Part shown: piece after piece, positions 16,573 through 33,605 of the stretch
Numbering within the stretch: position 1 is the stretch's first letter
Layout: each line of letters opens with the position of its first letter
Assembly (NCBI RefSeq): GCF_009914755.1
Contig: NC_060938.1
Source of the DNA: the human T2T-CHM13v2.0 reference genome, Homo sapiens
Reading direction: 5' to 3' (one strand)
DNA length: 64,000 nt
The notes under the pieces: model-generated
Databases searched by the model: none
The model's input: the letters and a program-made list of their open reading frames with translations, nothing else
What the model was told of the DNA's origin: nothing
Made by a program: the position numbers and the translations under genes

Positions 16573-17927
16573 ATATACTGTCCCTATTATCATCTGTCAC
16601 TTCCCAGAGAGGGCAAACATTCAACTTTGCCAGCTGATAAGAGGCCCCACGGCATGTTGTTCTGGTGAAGCTCGGGTGTTTCGAGAGTGGGGTATGTACG
16701 TAAGACAGGACTCGAAGGGCATGGAGAAGATGATGACCGGACACTAGATAACCCTGGAAAACTAGAGGAAATTAATAACATGTTGCACACCTCACTAGAA
16801 CTGGAAGGAGTCTGTGTTCTTATGGGGTGCTTGGACTGGAAGGGGGAGTTCAGCCCCAGCTAAGAAGAGCCTAATATTAAGAGGCACTTGCATTAAAAAG
16901 GTAATCAATTACATGCCGTCCCCATTTTATCTTTTCCTGCATCAAACATATAGAAGTCCATTTTAATTTTTTATCCTGACCAAGCATCAGAGAAGCCTGT
17001 ATATAATGTATTTCCTCTCTCTTAGTTTCTCTTCTATAAAACAAATTAAGCTGCAAAATAGGAGTCAGATCAAACAGGGGAAATGGGAAGGCTGTAACTT
17101 GTATATTGTAATGTATTAGTCCATTTTCACACTGCTATGACAAAACTGACAAAACTCTCTCAGGAAAAAAGTGACATGCTGGGTTTAGAAAGTAGGGTCC
17201 AGCTGCCCTATACCAGCTGATCAAAGATGGCGTTATGGTTAAGAAATGAGAGAAAACTGTTAAGAAAAAGTCTCATGTTCTCCATCTTGAGGGTAATTGT
17301 TTGCAGAGGGTTGTCATAAAAGAGGCTGTCATTAAACAGGCATATCTGATCTTATCATGTATAGCTCTTAAATACCACATTTCAACTTCTAGCCATAATG
17401 ATGGCAAGGTTGCTGCTGATCTTTTCTGATAATTAAGGTACAAAAATACTAGGTCCCGAGACAATTATTTTTTTCAGTGTCACTTGGACCAGTGGCAAAT
17501 TAAACAAGCAGTCAGTTAAGAGTCAGAGGATCGCTGAAGAAAATAAAACTAAACTGTTTGGGGCCTCTGTCCTGGGGCAGCCTCCAGGCTATTACAAAAC
17601 AGAGGCGGTGAGCAGAAAGGTGACAAGATGTAGAGCACTCAGGTAAGGGACAGAGAGCACAAGGTGGACAGTCCAAAAAGAGAAAGTGGCAAACATCTTG
17701 TTTAGCCAAATCCATTCTTCTCAATATTTCCCAGGGCCTCTAACCCTGTGGGCTTGGCCTCTAATCTGAGTATGATAATAGTGGATAATCATACTTGCCC
17801 ACCAGAATGGCTTCACGATTCTAAAAGACAGCACACTTGCCAGGTGTCAGCTGATTGATTCTGTGTAGATTGTTTTCCTTGGAGTGGGGGTCTTGTCTTG
17901 GTGTCTGTTCATGGTGTTGCTGAAAGA

Positions 17928-18491
17928 TGTTGCTGGAAAAGAGGGTCCTGATACAGACCACAAAGTAGGATTCTTAGATCTTGTGCAGGAAAAAATTTGA
18001 GGTGAGTCAGAGAGCACAGTGAAAGAAGCAAGTTTATTAGAAATTATTCCATTACAGAGTTGGACATCCTCAGAAAACAAGAGCAGGAATGCATTGTCTT
18101 TTGTTAGTGTCTCTACTTATAAGTAACTATAAAAAGAAAGAGTTAAAATTAAACTTGGAAGGTGCAGATGTAGTCACTAAAGTCGGGGCTATTGGTTTTA
18201 ACAATAACCATTAACCCATTGACCTAAGCTACCTCATTAATAATATCCTTACAAAAAAATGCTGCATTCCTAGGACATTTATACATTTTTCAGGCTTGGT
18301 GGAAGATGTCTTGTATGATCACACATACTCTGCAATTGTAATTTGTGGCCAGTTAAAAAATGTGACTATTTTCAGACCATGAACATTAACCTTCTAGATG
18401 CCTTGTGAGTACCTATCTACTCATATTAAGATAGAATATTCTAGTCATGTTTATTAAACTAGAAGCTAGGTAACCATGAGTTCCTCTAACA
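17928..18491 (-). mobile_element. ERV1 LTR (MER4-group-like); probable 5' LTR of the ERV to its left
   Basis: TGTTGCTGGAAAAGAGGGTCCTGATACAGACC...GCAAGTTTATT (antisense U5 and AATAAA); abuts a degenerate PBS-like sequence; right boundary approximate. Confidence 0.65.
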
Positions 18492-18721
18492 CAGCAAGTC
18501 TAATCCTCAAGGAGAAAATGTATTTCTCAGGAATTTTGTGCATTTTGTTTGATGGCATTTGGTATGTTTACCAAAATGGCAGAAAAGAGTGAAATTAGTC
18601 CTCAAAGATTTCTCAAGATTGGATATAAAGTAAACAAAATGATTATAGTTAATATGCAAGTTGATATAGTTGATATTCAAAAGAAATTTTGTTTAAAACA
18701 CAATGAGATTTTTATTTTTAC

Positions 18722-18772
<51 letters not shown>

Positions 18773-19052
18773 TTGAGGCAGAGTCTTGCTCTGTTGCCCA
18801 GGCTGCAGTGCAGTGAACTATCTTGGCTCACTGAAACTTGTGCCTCCCTGGTTCAAGCAATTCTCCTGCCTCAGCCTCCCAAGTAGCTGGGATTACAGGC
18901 ATGAATCACCACACCCAGCTAATATTTGTATCTTTAGTAGAGATGGGGTTTCACTCTGTTGGCCAGGCTGGTCTCGAACCCCTGACAACAAGTGATCTGC
19001 CCACCTTGGCCTCCCAAATTGCTGGGATTACAGGCAAGAGCCACCACTCCCA
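18722..19052 (-). mobile_element. AluS with (TAA)n tail
   Basis: Antisense Alu dimer; (TTA)n at ~18723-18772. Confidence 0.9.
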
Positions 19053-19377
19053 GCAACAATGAGGTTTTTAAATAATTCTGATTTCCTGCTGTTGAGCAGG
19101 GAGCTGAGCAAATTCAACAGATTATGGGCCTAAACTAGGGGAAGACTGAGGACAAACTCTAGAACACATGTGATTAAATTAATTACAATGGAAACCAAAT
19201 CAAATTTAATAAGGCTGTACCTCTTAGTTTCAAGATGTTTCCCCTCATTTTGAAATGCGGTGTTATTCCATGGAAAAGAAAACTAGTGTTTATCTCCAGA
19301 GTAAAGAACAGGGCTCCCTGCAGGGATTGATTGCCTGAGAACTATGGCTCAGGATTAAAAATCCTTCTTTTTTCCAT

Positions 19378-19515
19378 TTATAAACTAAAAATAAATTTCT
19401 AAACTCCTGTTGACTAAATAGACCTCTCTTCTTGAATAAGGACATTCCAAAGTTAACCTGAAAAGCTAGTTCAAGCCATGGGTCACACATGTCTCATTAT
19501 ACTCTCCTCCCTTTG
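19378..19515 (+). mobile_element. MER4-family LTR 5' fragment
   Basis: AAAAATAAATTTCTAA..GACATTCCAAAGTTAACCTGAAAAGCTAGTTCAAGCCATG resembles recalled MER4-type LTR start. Confidence 0.5.
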
Positions 19516-20562
19516 GTTTTAATTTTAATTTTAATTTTAATTTTTAATTTATTTTTGTGGGTACATAGTTGGTGTATATATTTATGGGGGTACATGACAT
19601 ACTTTGATGCAGTCATGCAATGAGTAATACATAATAAAAAACATGGTATCTGTCCCCTCAAGCATTTATAGCTTGTGTTATAAACAATCCAATTATACTC
19701 TTTTAGTTTTTTTAAATGTGGAATTATATTATTTTTTACTATAATCACCCTGTTGTGCTATCAAATGCTGTCTTATTCATTCTTTCTAACAATTGTTTTT
19801 TTACCCATTTAGCATCCCCACTATCCCCTTGTTCCCTCCCTGCCCTTGCCAGCCTCTGGTAACCATCCTTATACTCTCTATCTCTATGACACCAATTGTT
19901 TTGAATTTTAGCACCCACAAATAAGTGAGACGATGTGACATTTGTATTTCTGTGCCTGACATTTCACTTAACATAAAGACTTTCAGTTCCATTTATGTTA
20001 TTGCAAATGACAGGCTCTCATTCTTTCTTACAGCTGAATAGTACTCCATTGTGTATATGTACCACATTTTCTCTATCCAGTCATCTGTTGATGGACATTT
20101 AGGTTCCTTCCAAATCTTGGCTATTATAAACCCTGCTGTAGCAAACATGAGAGTGCCAATAGGTCTTTGATTTACCAATTTTATTTCTTGTAGGCATATA
20201 TTGAGCAGTGGGATTCCTGGACCATATAGTAGCTCTATTTTTAATTATATTGGGAACATCCAAAATGTCCTTAAATGTGCTCCCAACAGCAGTGTACAAG
20301 GGTTCCCTTCACTCCACATACTCACCAGCATTTGTTTTTCACTGACTTCTGAATAAAAGCCACCTTAACTAGGGTGAAATGATATCTCATTTTGGGTTTG
20401 ATTTGCATTTCTATGATGATCAGTAATGTGGAGCACCTTTTCATTTGTCTGTTTGACATTTGTATGTCTTCTTTTCATAAATGTCTATTTAAATTTTTTG
20501 TCCACTCTTTATTTGGGTTATTACTTTTTTCTGTAGAATTTTTTGAACTCAATATATTGTAG

Positions 20563-21233
20563 TGTATTAGTCTGTTCCTGCACTGCTATAAAAAAAATAC
20601 CTGAGACTGTGTTATCTATTTATTTACTGAGATGAAGTCTTGATCTGTTGCCCAGGCTGAAGTGCAGTGGTGCAATCTTGGCTCACTGCAACCTCCACCT
20701 CCTGACTCAAGCAATTCTCTGCCTCAGCCTCCTGAGTAGCTGGGATTACAGGCACCTGCCACCATGCCTGGCTAATTTTTATATTTTTAGTGGAGACAGG
20801 GTTTCACCATCTTGGCCAGGCTGGTCTTGAACTCCTGGCCTAGTGATCCACCCACATCAGCCTCCCAAAGTGGTGAGATTACAGGCATGAGCCACCACAC
20901 CTGGCAAGACTGGGTAATTTATAAAGGAAATGGGTTTAATTGAATCACAGTTCCACATGGCCAGGGAGGCCTCAGGAAACTTACAATAATGGCAGATGGG
21001 GAAGCAGGCACCTCTTACATGACAGCAGGCGAGACAGCATGTATGTGAAGCAAAGGGGGAAGAGTCCTTTATAAAACCATCAGATCTCATGAGAAATCAC
21101 TCATTATCAGAAGAACAGCATGGGGGAAACCACCCCCATGATCCAATCACCTTCTACCAAGTCTCTCCCTCAACATCTGGGGATTACAATTCAATATGAG
21201 ATTTGGGTGGGGACACAAATCCTAACCATATCA
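20563..21233 (-). mobile_element. MSTA-like solo LTR containing an Alu
   Basis: TGTATTAGTCTGTTCCTGCACTGCTATA...CCTAACCATATCA; perfect 5-bp TSD TGTAG. Confidence 0.88.
20615..20904 (-). mobile_element. AluS nested in the MSTA LTR
   Basis: Antisense Alu; flanks AGACTGTGTTAT / AGACTGGGTAAT. Confidence 0.88.
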
Positions 21234-21651
21234 TGTAGCTATTAATTGCTTTTCAGATGGATAATTTACAAATATTTTCTCTCATTCTGTGGATTTTCTC
21301 TTCACTTTGTTTCTTGTTTCCTTCACTTTAAAAAGGCTTTCTGACTTTCTGTAATCCGATTTGCCCATGTTTGTTTTGGTTGTCTGTGCTTCTGGGGCAT
21401 TATTTAAGGAATTTTTGCCCAAACCAATGACCTAGTTTCCCCAATGTTTTCTTGTAAAAGTTTGATGGTTTGAGGTGTTAGGTTTAAGTCTTTAATTCAT
21501 TTTAATTTGATTTTTGTAAGTGGCAAGAAATAGGGTTCTAGTTTTATTCTTCTGCCTATGGCTTGCCAGTTTTCCCAGCCCTATTTATTACAAAAGCTGT
21601 CTCATTTTTTATTGTATGTTCTTGGCACTTTTGTTGAAAATTAATTTAGCT

Positions 21652-22871
21652 CTCCCTCCCATAGGATTCCAGAACACTGCTATGAGGGTCTGAATGTTTA
21701 TCCCTTGCATGGGACTCCAGAACACTGTTGCTGGGTTCTAAACGTTTGTCACATAGGATTTCAGAACACTGCTACGAGGGTCTGAATGTTTGTTCCTCAC
21801 AGGGGATTCCAGAACACTCCTGCTGTGGTCTGAAGGTTTGTCCCTCACATAGTGTAGGGGTGGGTTGCCCCTCCACACCTGTGGGTGTTTCTCGTAAGGT
21901 GGAACGAGAGACTTAGGAAAGAAAAAGACACAGAGACAAAGTATAGAGAAAGAAATAAGGGGACCCGGGGGACCAGCGTTCAGCATATGGAGGATCCCGC
22001 CAGCCTCTGAGTTCCCTTAGTATTTATTGATCATTCGTGGGTGTTTCTCCGAGAGGGGGATGTGTCAGGGTCACAAGACAATTTTGGGGAGAGGGTCAGC
22101 AAACACGTGAACAAAGGTCTTTGCATCATAGACAAGGTAAAGGATTAAGTGCTGTGCTTTTAAATATGCATACACATAAACATCTCAATGCTTTACAAAG
22201 CAGTATTGCTGCCCGCAGGTCCCACCTCCAGCCCTAAGGCGGTTTTTCCCTATCTCAGTAGATGGAACATACAATCGGGTTTTATACCGAGACATTCCAT
22301 TGCCCAGGGACGGGCAGGAGACAGATGCCTTCCTCTTGTCTCAACTGCAAGAGGCATGCCTTCCTCTTATACTAATCCTCCTCAGCACAGACCCTTTACG
22401 GGTGTCGGGCTGGGGGACGGTCAGGTCTTTCCCTTCCCACGAGGCCATATTTCAGACTATCACATGGGGGGAAACCTTGGACAATACTGGCTTTCCTAGG
22501 CAGAGGTCCCTGCGGCCTTCCACAGTTTTTGTGTCCCTGGGTACTTGAGATTAGGTAGTGGTGATGACTCTTAAGGAGCGTGCTGCCTTCAAACATCTGT
22601 TTAACAAAGCACATCTTGCACCGCCCTTAATCCATTTAACTCTGAGTTGACACAGCACATGTTTCAGAGAGCACGGGGTTGGGGGTAAGGTTATAGATTA
22701 ACAGAATCTCAAGGCAGAAGAATTTTTCTTAGTACAGAACAAAATGGAGTCTCCTATGTCTACTTCTTTCTACACAGACACAGTAACAATCTGATCTCTC
22801 TTGCTTTTCTGCACAACATAGGATTCCAGAGCACTGTTATGAGGGTCTGAATGTTTGTCCCTCACACAGAA
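21652..22871. repeat. CER (48-bp, D22Z3-type) satellite island, ~5 monomers, split by LTR5_Hs
   Basis: Tandem ~48-bp unit CCCTCACATAGGATTCCAGAACACTGCTAYGAGGGTCTGAATGTTTGT at 21652-21852 and 22816-22871. Confidence 0.85.
21853..22815 (-). mobile_element. HERV-K(HML-2) solo LTR, LTR5_Hs-like
   Basis: 963 bp; antisense ends TGTAGGGGTGGGTTGCCCC and CTTTTCTGCACA; perfect 6-bp TSD ACATAG; CpGs largely retained. Confidence 0.93.
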
Positions 22872-23176
22872 TGCCAGTTTTACCAGCCCTATTTATTACA
22901 AAAACTGTCTTATTTTTTATTGTATGTTCTTGGCACTTTTGTTGAAAATTAATTTAGCTGTATGAGTGTCTTTCTAAGGTCTCTATTTCGTTCTATCTGT
23001 CTTAATGTCTGTTTTTATGCTAGTGTCATGCTGTTTTAATTACTATAACTTAGTAGTATAATTTAAAACCAGGTAATGGAATTCCTCCAGTTTTGTTTTA
23101 TATACTCAGCATAGCTTTGACTTTGTGATGTTTCCATATAAATTTCAGAATTTTTTTTCTATATCTGTGAGGAATG

Positions 23177-23485
23177 TCTTCTTCTTCTTCTTCTTTTTTT
23201 TTTTTAGATGGCGTCTTGCTCTGTCACCTAGACTGGAGTGCAGTGATGTGATCTCGGCACACTGCAACCTCCACCTCCTGGGTTCAAGCAACTTTTTGCC
23301 TCAGCCTCCTGAATAGCTGGGATTACAGGCACCTGCCACCATGCCTGGCTATTTTTTTTGTATTTTTAGTAGAGGTGGGGTTTCACCAAGTTGGCCAGGC
23401 TGGTCTGGAACTCCTGACCTCGTGATCCACCAAATTCGGCCTCCCAAAGTGCTGAGTCTACAGGCATGAGCCACTGCCCCTGGCC
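23177..23485 (-). mobile_element. AluS
   Basis: Antisense Alu dimer with (CTT)n/T tail. Confidence 0.9.
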
Positions 23486-23838
23486 TGTTATTTTGATAGA
23501 GATGGAATGAAATGAATGGATTGCTATGGATTGTATGGACATTTTTAAAAAAATACTGATTCTTCCAATCTATGAACATAAAAATATCTTTCCAACTTTT
23601 GGGTCCTTTTTCATTTCTTTTATCAGTGTTTTACAGTTTTAATTGTTGAGAACTTTTATTCCTTTGGTAAATTCCCACACATTTTGTTTTATTTGTGGCT
23701 ACTGCAAATAGTATTACATTTTTGAATTCTTTTTCAGTTTGTTGACTGTTGGCGTAAAGAAACCCTACTGATTTGTATATGTTGATTTTGTATTCTGCAA
23801 ATTGACTCAAGTTATTACCTCTAATAGTTTTTGGTGGA

Positions 23839-26284
23839 TGTATTAGGCCATTCTCATATTGCTATAAAAAGTAATCAGTGACTGGTTAATTTATAAAGAA
23901 AATAGGTTTAATTGGTTCATGGTTCTACAGGCTGTACAGAAAGCATAGCACTGGCTTCTGCTTCTGGGGAAGCCTCTGACAATTGACAAGGTGAAAAATA
24001 AATCCAGTGCTTGCACATCACATGGTAAGTGCGAGGGCAGGGGGGAAGTGCTACACACACTTGTAGATAACCAGCTCTGATAAAAACTTACTATTGTGGG
24101 AATGGCACCAAAGGAAATGATGCCAAACTCTTCATGGAAATCTTGCCCTCATGATTCAATCACCTCCCCTCTAGGCCCACTTCCAACATTGAGGATTATA
24201 TTTCAATATAAGATTTTGGTGGGAATATACATCCAAACTGTATCATTTTGCCCCTGGCCATTCCAAATCTCATATCCTTCTCATATTTCAAAATACAATC
24301 ATGACTTCCCAATAATCCCCAAAATCTTAACTAATTTCAGTCTTAACTCAAAAGTCAAAAGTCTCATCTAAGACAAAGCTAATTTCTTCCTCCTATAAGC
24401 CTGTAAAATAAAAAAACAAGTTAGATTATTCCAAGATACAAATGAGGCAGAGGCATTGGGTAAATACTCCTATTCTAAAAGGAAGAAATCAGTCAAAAGA
24501 AAGGGGCCACAGGACCCATGAAAGTCTGAAACCCAGAAGGGCATTTATTCAATTGTAAGGCTCCAAAATAATTATTTTTGACCCTGTGTTCCATTTCCAG
24601 GGCACGCTAATGCCTTGGGAAGGTTCTACCTTGTGACTTTGCATGGTTCAGCCCCCACAGCTGCTCTCATGGGCTGGCATTCTGTGCCTCTGGCTTTTCA
24701 AGGTGCAAGGTGCAGGCTGTAGCTAGATCTACCATTCTGGGGTCTGGAGGACAGTGATCCTCTCCTCACAGATCTACTAGGCCATGACCCAGTGGGGAGA
24801 CTGCCTGGGGACTGTCACCCCACATTTCTTTTCTCCATTGTTTTAGTAGAGGATCTCCATGAGGGCTCCACCCCTGCAGCATGCTTCTGCCTGCACATCC
24901 TGGCTTTTTCATACATCCTTTGAAATAAAGGTGGAGGCTCCCAAGTCTCAACTACTTGCATTTGGTAAACCCACAGGCCTAACACCACATGGAAGCTACC
25001 AAGGTTATGGCTTGCACCATCTGAAGCAGTGACTGGAGTTGTAACTGGGTCAATTTGACCTATACCTGGAGCTGAAGCAGTGGCCAGGATGCAGGAGCCT
25101 TGTTCCAAAGCTACCCAAGGCAGCAGTTCCTGGGCCTGATCCCAGAAACTATTCTCTTCTTTTAGGCCTCAGGGCCTGTGATGTGGGGCTGCCTTTTAGA
25201 TTTCTAAAATGCCTTCAATTCCTCTTTCCCATTGTCTTGGCTATCAACACTTGCTATTTTTTAGGTTATACAAATATCTCTAACAAGTGGTTGACCCATA
25301 TCCTGCTTGAGTTCCTCTCATAAAAGCTTTTTATATTTCAGCCACATGACTAGGCTGCAAGGTTTTCAAGCTTTTACACTATGCTTCTTGTGTAAGTATA
25401 AGTTACTACTTATTTTATTTTTATTTTTTTGCTAGAACATGTGAGCATAGGTTGTTAGAAGCAGCCAGTCCACATCACAAATGCTTTGCTGCTTAGATAT
25501 TTTTCCAACAGAAACACTAAATCACCAATTTCAAATTCAAACTTTTATATATCCCTAGAGCATGACAGAAATTCAGCCAACCACTTTGCTAAGACAACGT
25601 GCATGACCTTTGTTTCAGTCCCAATAAGTTTCTAGTTTTCATCTGAGACCTCCTCAGCCCAGCCTTCACTGTCCAGATCACTATCAGCATTTTGGTCACA
25701 GATATTCAACCAGTCTCTAAGAAAATCTCAACTTTCCCTCATTTTTCTGTCTTCTGAATCCTACAAATTCTTCCAACTTCTGCCTGTTTACCCAATTACA
25801 AAGCTGATTCCACATTTTGGGGTATTCTTATAACCATTTTCCATTCCTTGGTGCCAATTTTCTGTATTAAGCTATTTTTGCATCACTATGAGAGTGGGAC
25901 TGGATAATTTATTTTTTACAAAGTAGGTTTAAGTGGCTATGATTCTACAGGCTTTAGAGAAGTCATAGTACTGGAATATGCTTCTGGGGAGGTCTCTGGA
26001 AGTTTACAGTCATGGCAGAAGTTGAAGCAGAATCTTGCACATCACAGGGCAAAAAGCAGGAGCAAGAAACAGAGGGGAGAGTTGTTACACAGTTTTAAAT
26101 AACCAGATCTTATGGGAACTCACTCACTATCATGAGGATAGCACCAAATGGCATGGTGCTAAGCCATTTATGAGTAATCCACCCCAATGGTTAAATCACC
26201 TCTCACCAGGCCCATCTCCAACATTGAGAATTATATTTATTTAAATATGAGATTTGGGAGGGGACACACATTCATACCCTATCA
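23839..26284 (-). mobile_element. Full-length MST (MSTB-like) MaLR provirus: LTR 23839-24245, internal 24246-25862, LTR 25863-26284
   Basis: Two similar TGTATTA...TATCA LTRs flanking ~1.6 kb MaLR internal sequence; near-TSD GTGGA/GAGGA. Confidence 0.85.
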
Positions 26285-26660
26285 GAGGAGTCTTTATGCT
26301 TTTTCCAATATAACATTATAACATTGGCAAAAAAAAAAAAGGTAATTTGACTTCTTTTCCAATTGGGATGCATTTTATTGCTTTCTCCTGTCTGATTGCT
26401 CCAGATAGGACTTTCAGCATTATGTTGAATAACAGTGGTAAAAGTGGACATTCTTGTCATCTTCCAGATTTTAGAGGAAAGGCTTTTAGTTTTTCACCAC
26501 TTAGTGTGATACTAGCTGTGGGTCTGTCATATATGACTTTTATTATGTTGAGGTATGTTCATTCCATACCCAGTTTTCAAAGGGTTTTTATTATTAAAGA
26601 ATATTAAATTTTATCAAAACTTTTTTAGCATAATTGAAATGATTATATGGATTTTGTCCT

Positions 26661-27007
<347 letters not shown>

Positions 27008-28871
27008 TGATTTGCATGTTGAACCATCCTTGCATCCCTGGGATAAATCCCACTTGGTCATTATGAATTACCTATTTATGTATTGTTTAATTCAGTTTGC
27101 TAGGTGTTTTGCAAATTTTTGCACCAATATTCTCAGATATGGACCTGTAGTTTGCTTTTTTTAATATGTCTTTGTCTGGTTTTGATATCAGGGTAATACT
27201 AGCCTCAAAGAATGAGTTCGGAAATGTTCTTTCCTTCTCTAGTTTTCAGTCTGGTCCTACAGACTTTTTTATTAAGGCTTTAATTTTGTTAATCGTTATT
27301 GGTCTGTTCAGGTTTTAGATTTTTTCCTAGTTCAATCTTGGTAAGTTGTGTGTGTCTAAGAATTAATTTCCTCTAGGTTTTCTAATTTGTTGGCATACAA
27401 TTGCTGATAGTATTCACTAATGATCCTTTGCTTTTCTGAAGCATTACTTTTAATGTCTCCTTTTTCACCTCTGATTTTACTAATTTGTATCTTTTCTGTT
27501 TTTTAGTTAGCCTGTTTAAATATTTGTCAATTGTTTTACTTTTCAAAAAATCAACTTTTTCTTTCATTAATTCTTTACATTATTTTCGTCATTTTAACTT
27601 TATCTACTTATGCTCTAATCTTTACTATTTCTTTTCTTCTAATTTTGGGTTAGGTTTCGTCTTTTTATTCTAATTAATTAAGATGTATTTTTAGGTTATT
27701 TATTTGAAGTCTTTCTGTTTTTTATGTAGGCACTTACAGTTATAAATTTTCCTTTTATAACAGTACCTCTTTTACGATACTCCATAGGATTTTCTATGCT
27801 ATGTTTCCATTATCATTTGTTCCAAGAAATTTTTCTATTTTCTTCTTAACTTTTTTATTGACCTACTAATCATTCAGGAGCATATTGTTTAATGTCCATG
27901 TGTTTGTATAGTTTCTTAAATTCCTTTTTTAATTGATTTCTAGTTTTATCCCCTGTAGTCAGAGAAAATGCTTGATATTACTTCAATTTTTTGGAATATT
28001 TTTAGACTTGTTACTTAACATATGGTCTATCCTTGAAAATAACCCATGTGCTGGGGAGAAGAATGTGTATTCTGCAGCTGCAGGAAGAAATTTTCTGTAA
28101 ATGTCTATTAGGTTCATTTGTTCTATAGTACAGATTAAGTCTGATGTTTCTTTGTTTATTTTCTGTCTGGAAGGTCTATCCAATGACTAAAGTGGGGTGT
28201 TGAAGTGTCCAGCCATTATTGTATTGAGGTCTCTTTCTTTAGCTCTTGTAAAACTTGCTTCATTTATCTAGATGCTTTAGTGTTGGGTGCATATATATTT
28301 TCAATTATTATATCCTCTTGATGAATTGATCTCTTTATTATTATATAATGACCCTTTAATTTCTTCCTACAGTCTTTTGTTGAAATCTATTTTTGTCTGG
28401 TATAAGTATGGCTATTTCTGCTTTTTTTGGTATCTACTGGCATGGAATAATTTTTCCATCCTTTTATTTTCAGTCTAAATGTATCTTTATAGGTAAAGCG
28501 TGTTTTTTTGGTAGGTCACAGATTATTATTCTGCTTCTCTATCCATTCATCCACTATTTTTCTTTTGACTGGAGTATATAGTTCATTTAAATTCAATGTT
28601 ATCAGTGATAAGCACTTACTCCTGCCATTTTTTATTTGTTTTCTGATTGATTTTTGTCCTCTCTTCCTTCTTTCCTTTCTTCCTGTCTTCCTTTTAGTGA
28701 AGGTGATTTCTCCTGAATTATAATCTAATTTCTTGCTTTTTACTTTTTGTACATCTATGGTACACTTTTTGACTTGAAATTACCATGAGGCTTGAAAATA
28801 ACATAATACATGATTTTAGGCTGTGGACAATTTAACACTGATTGCATAAACAAAGAAACAAGCAAAACAGA

Positions 28872-33605
<4,734 letters not shown>

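Larger units (their letters stand above)
10600..17927 (-). mobile_element. Decayed class I (gammaretrovirus-like, ERV1) internal region gag-pro-pol, no env, interrupted by THE1/Alu and LTR5
   Basis: Minus-strand peptides: protease EPQVTLEVVGRSINFVLGVGADYSVL; RT KKPNGKYRFV, WFTFLYLKDALF, IIQYVGDLLIA; RNase H SAQKAELIELT..VNIYTD; IN C-terminus LSPTWKGP; gag-like FIAQSASDI and ILQLNLF. Confidence 0.85.

Noticed and set aside
17112-17160. Start of another THE1/MST LTR (TGTATTAGTCCATTTTCACACTGCTATG)
   Set aside because: Only ~35-40 bp match, too short to annotate as an element; may mark a deletion junction within the ERV gag region
21652-22871. Short regularly spaced repeats as a CRISPR-like array (also 56139-56366)
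   Set aside because: Contiguous tandem units with no unique spacers, in primate DNA
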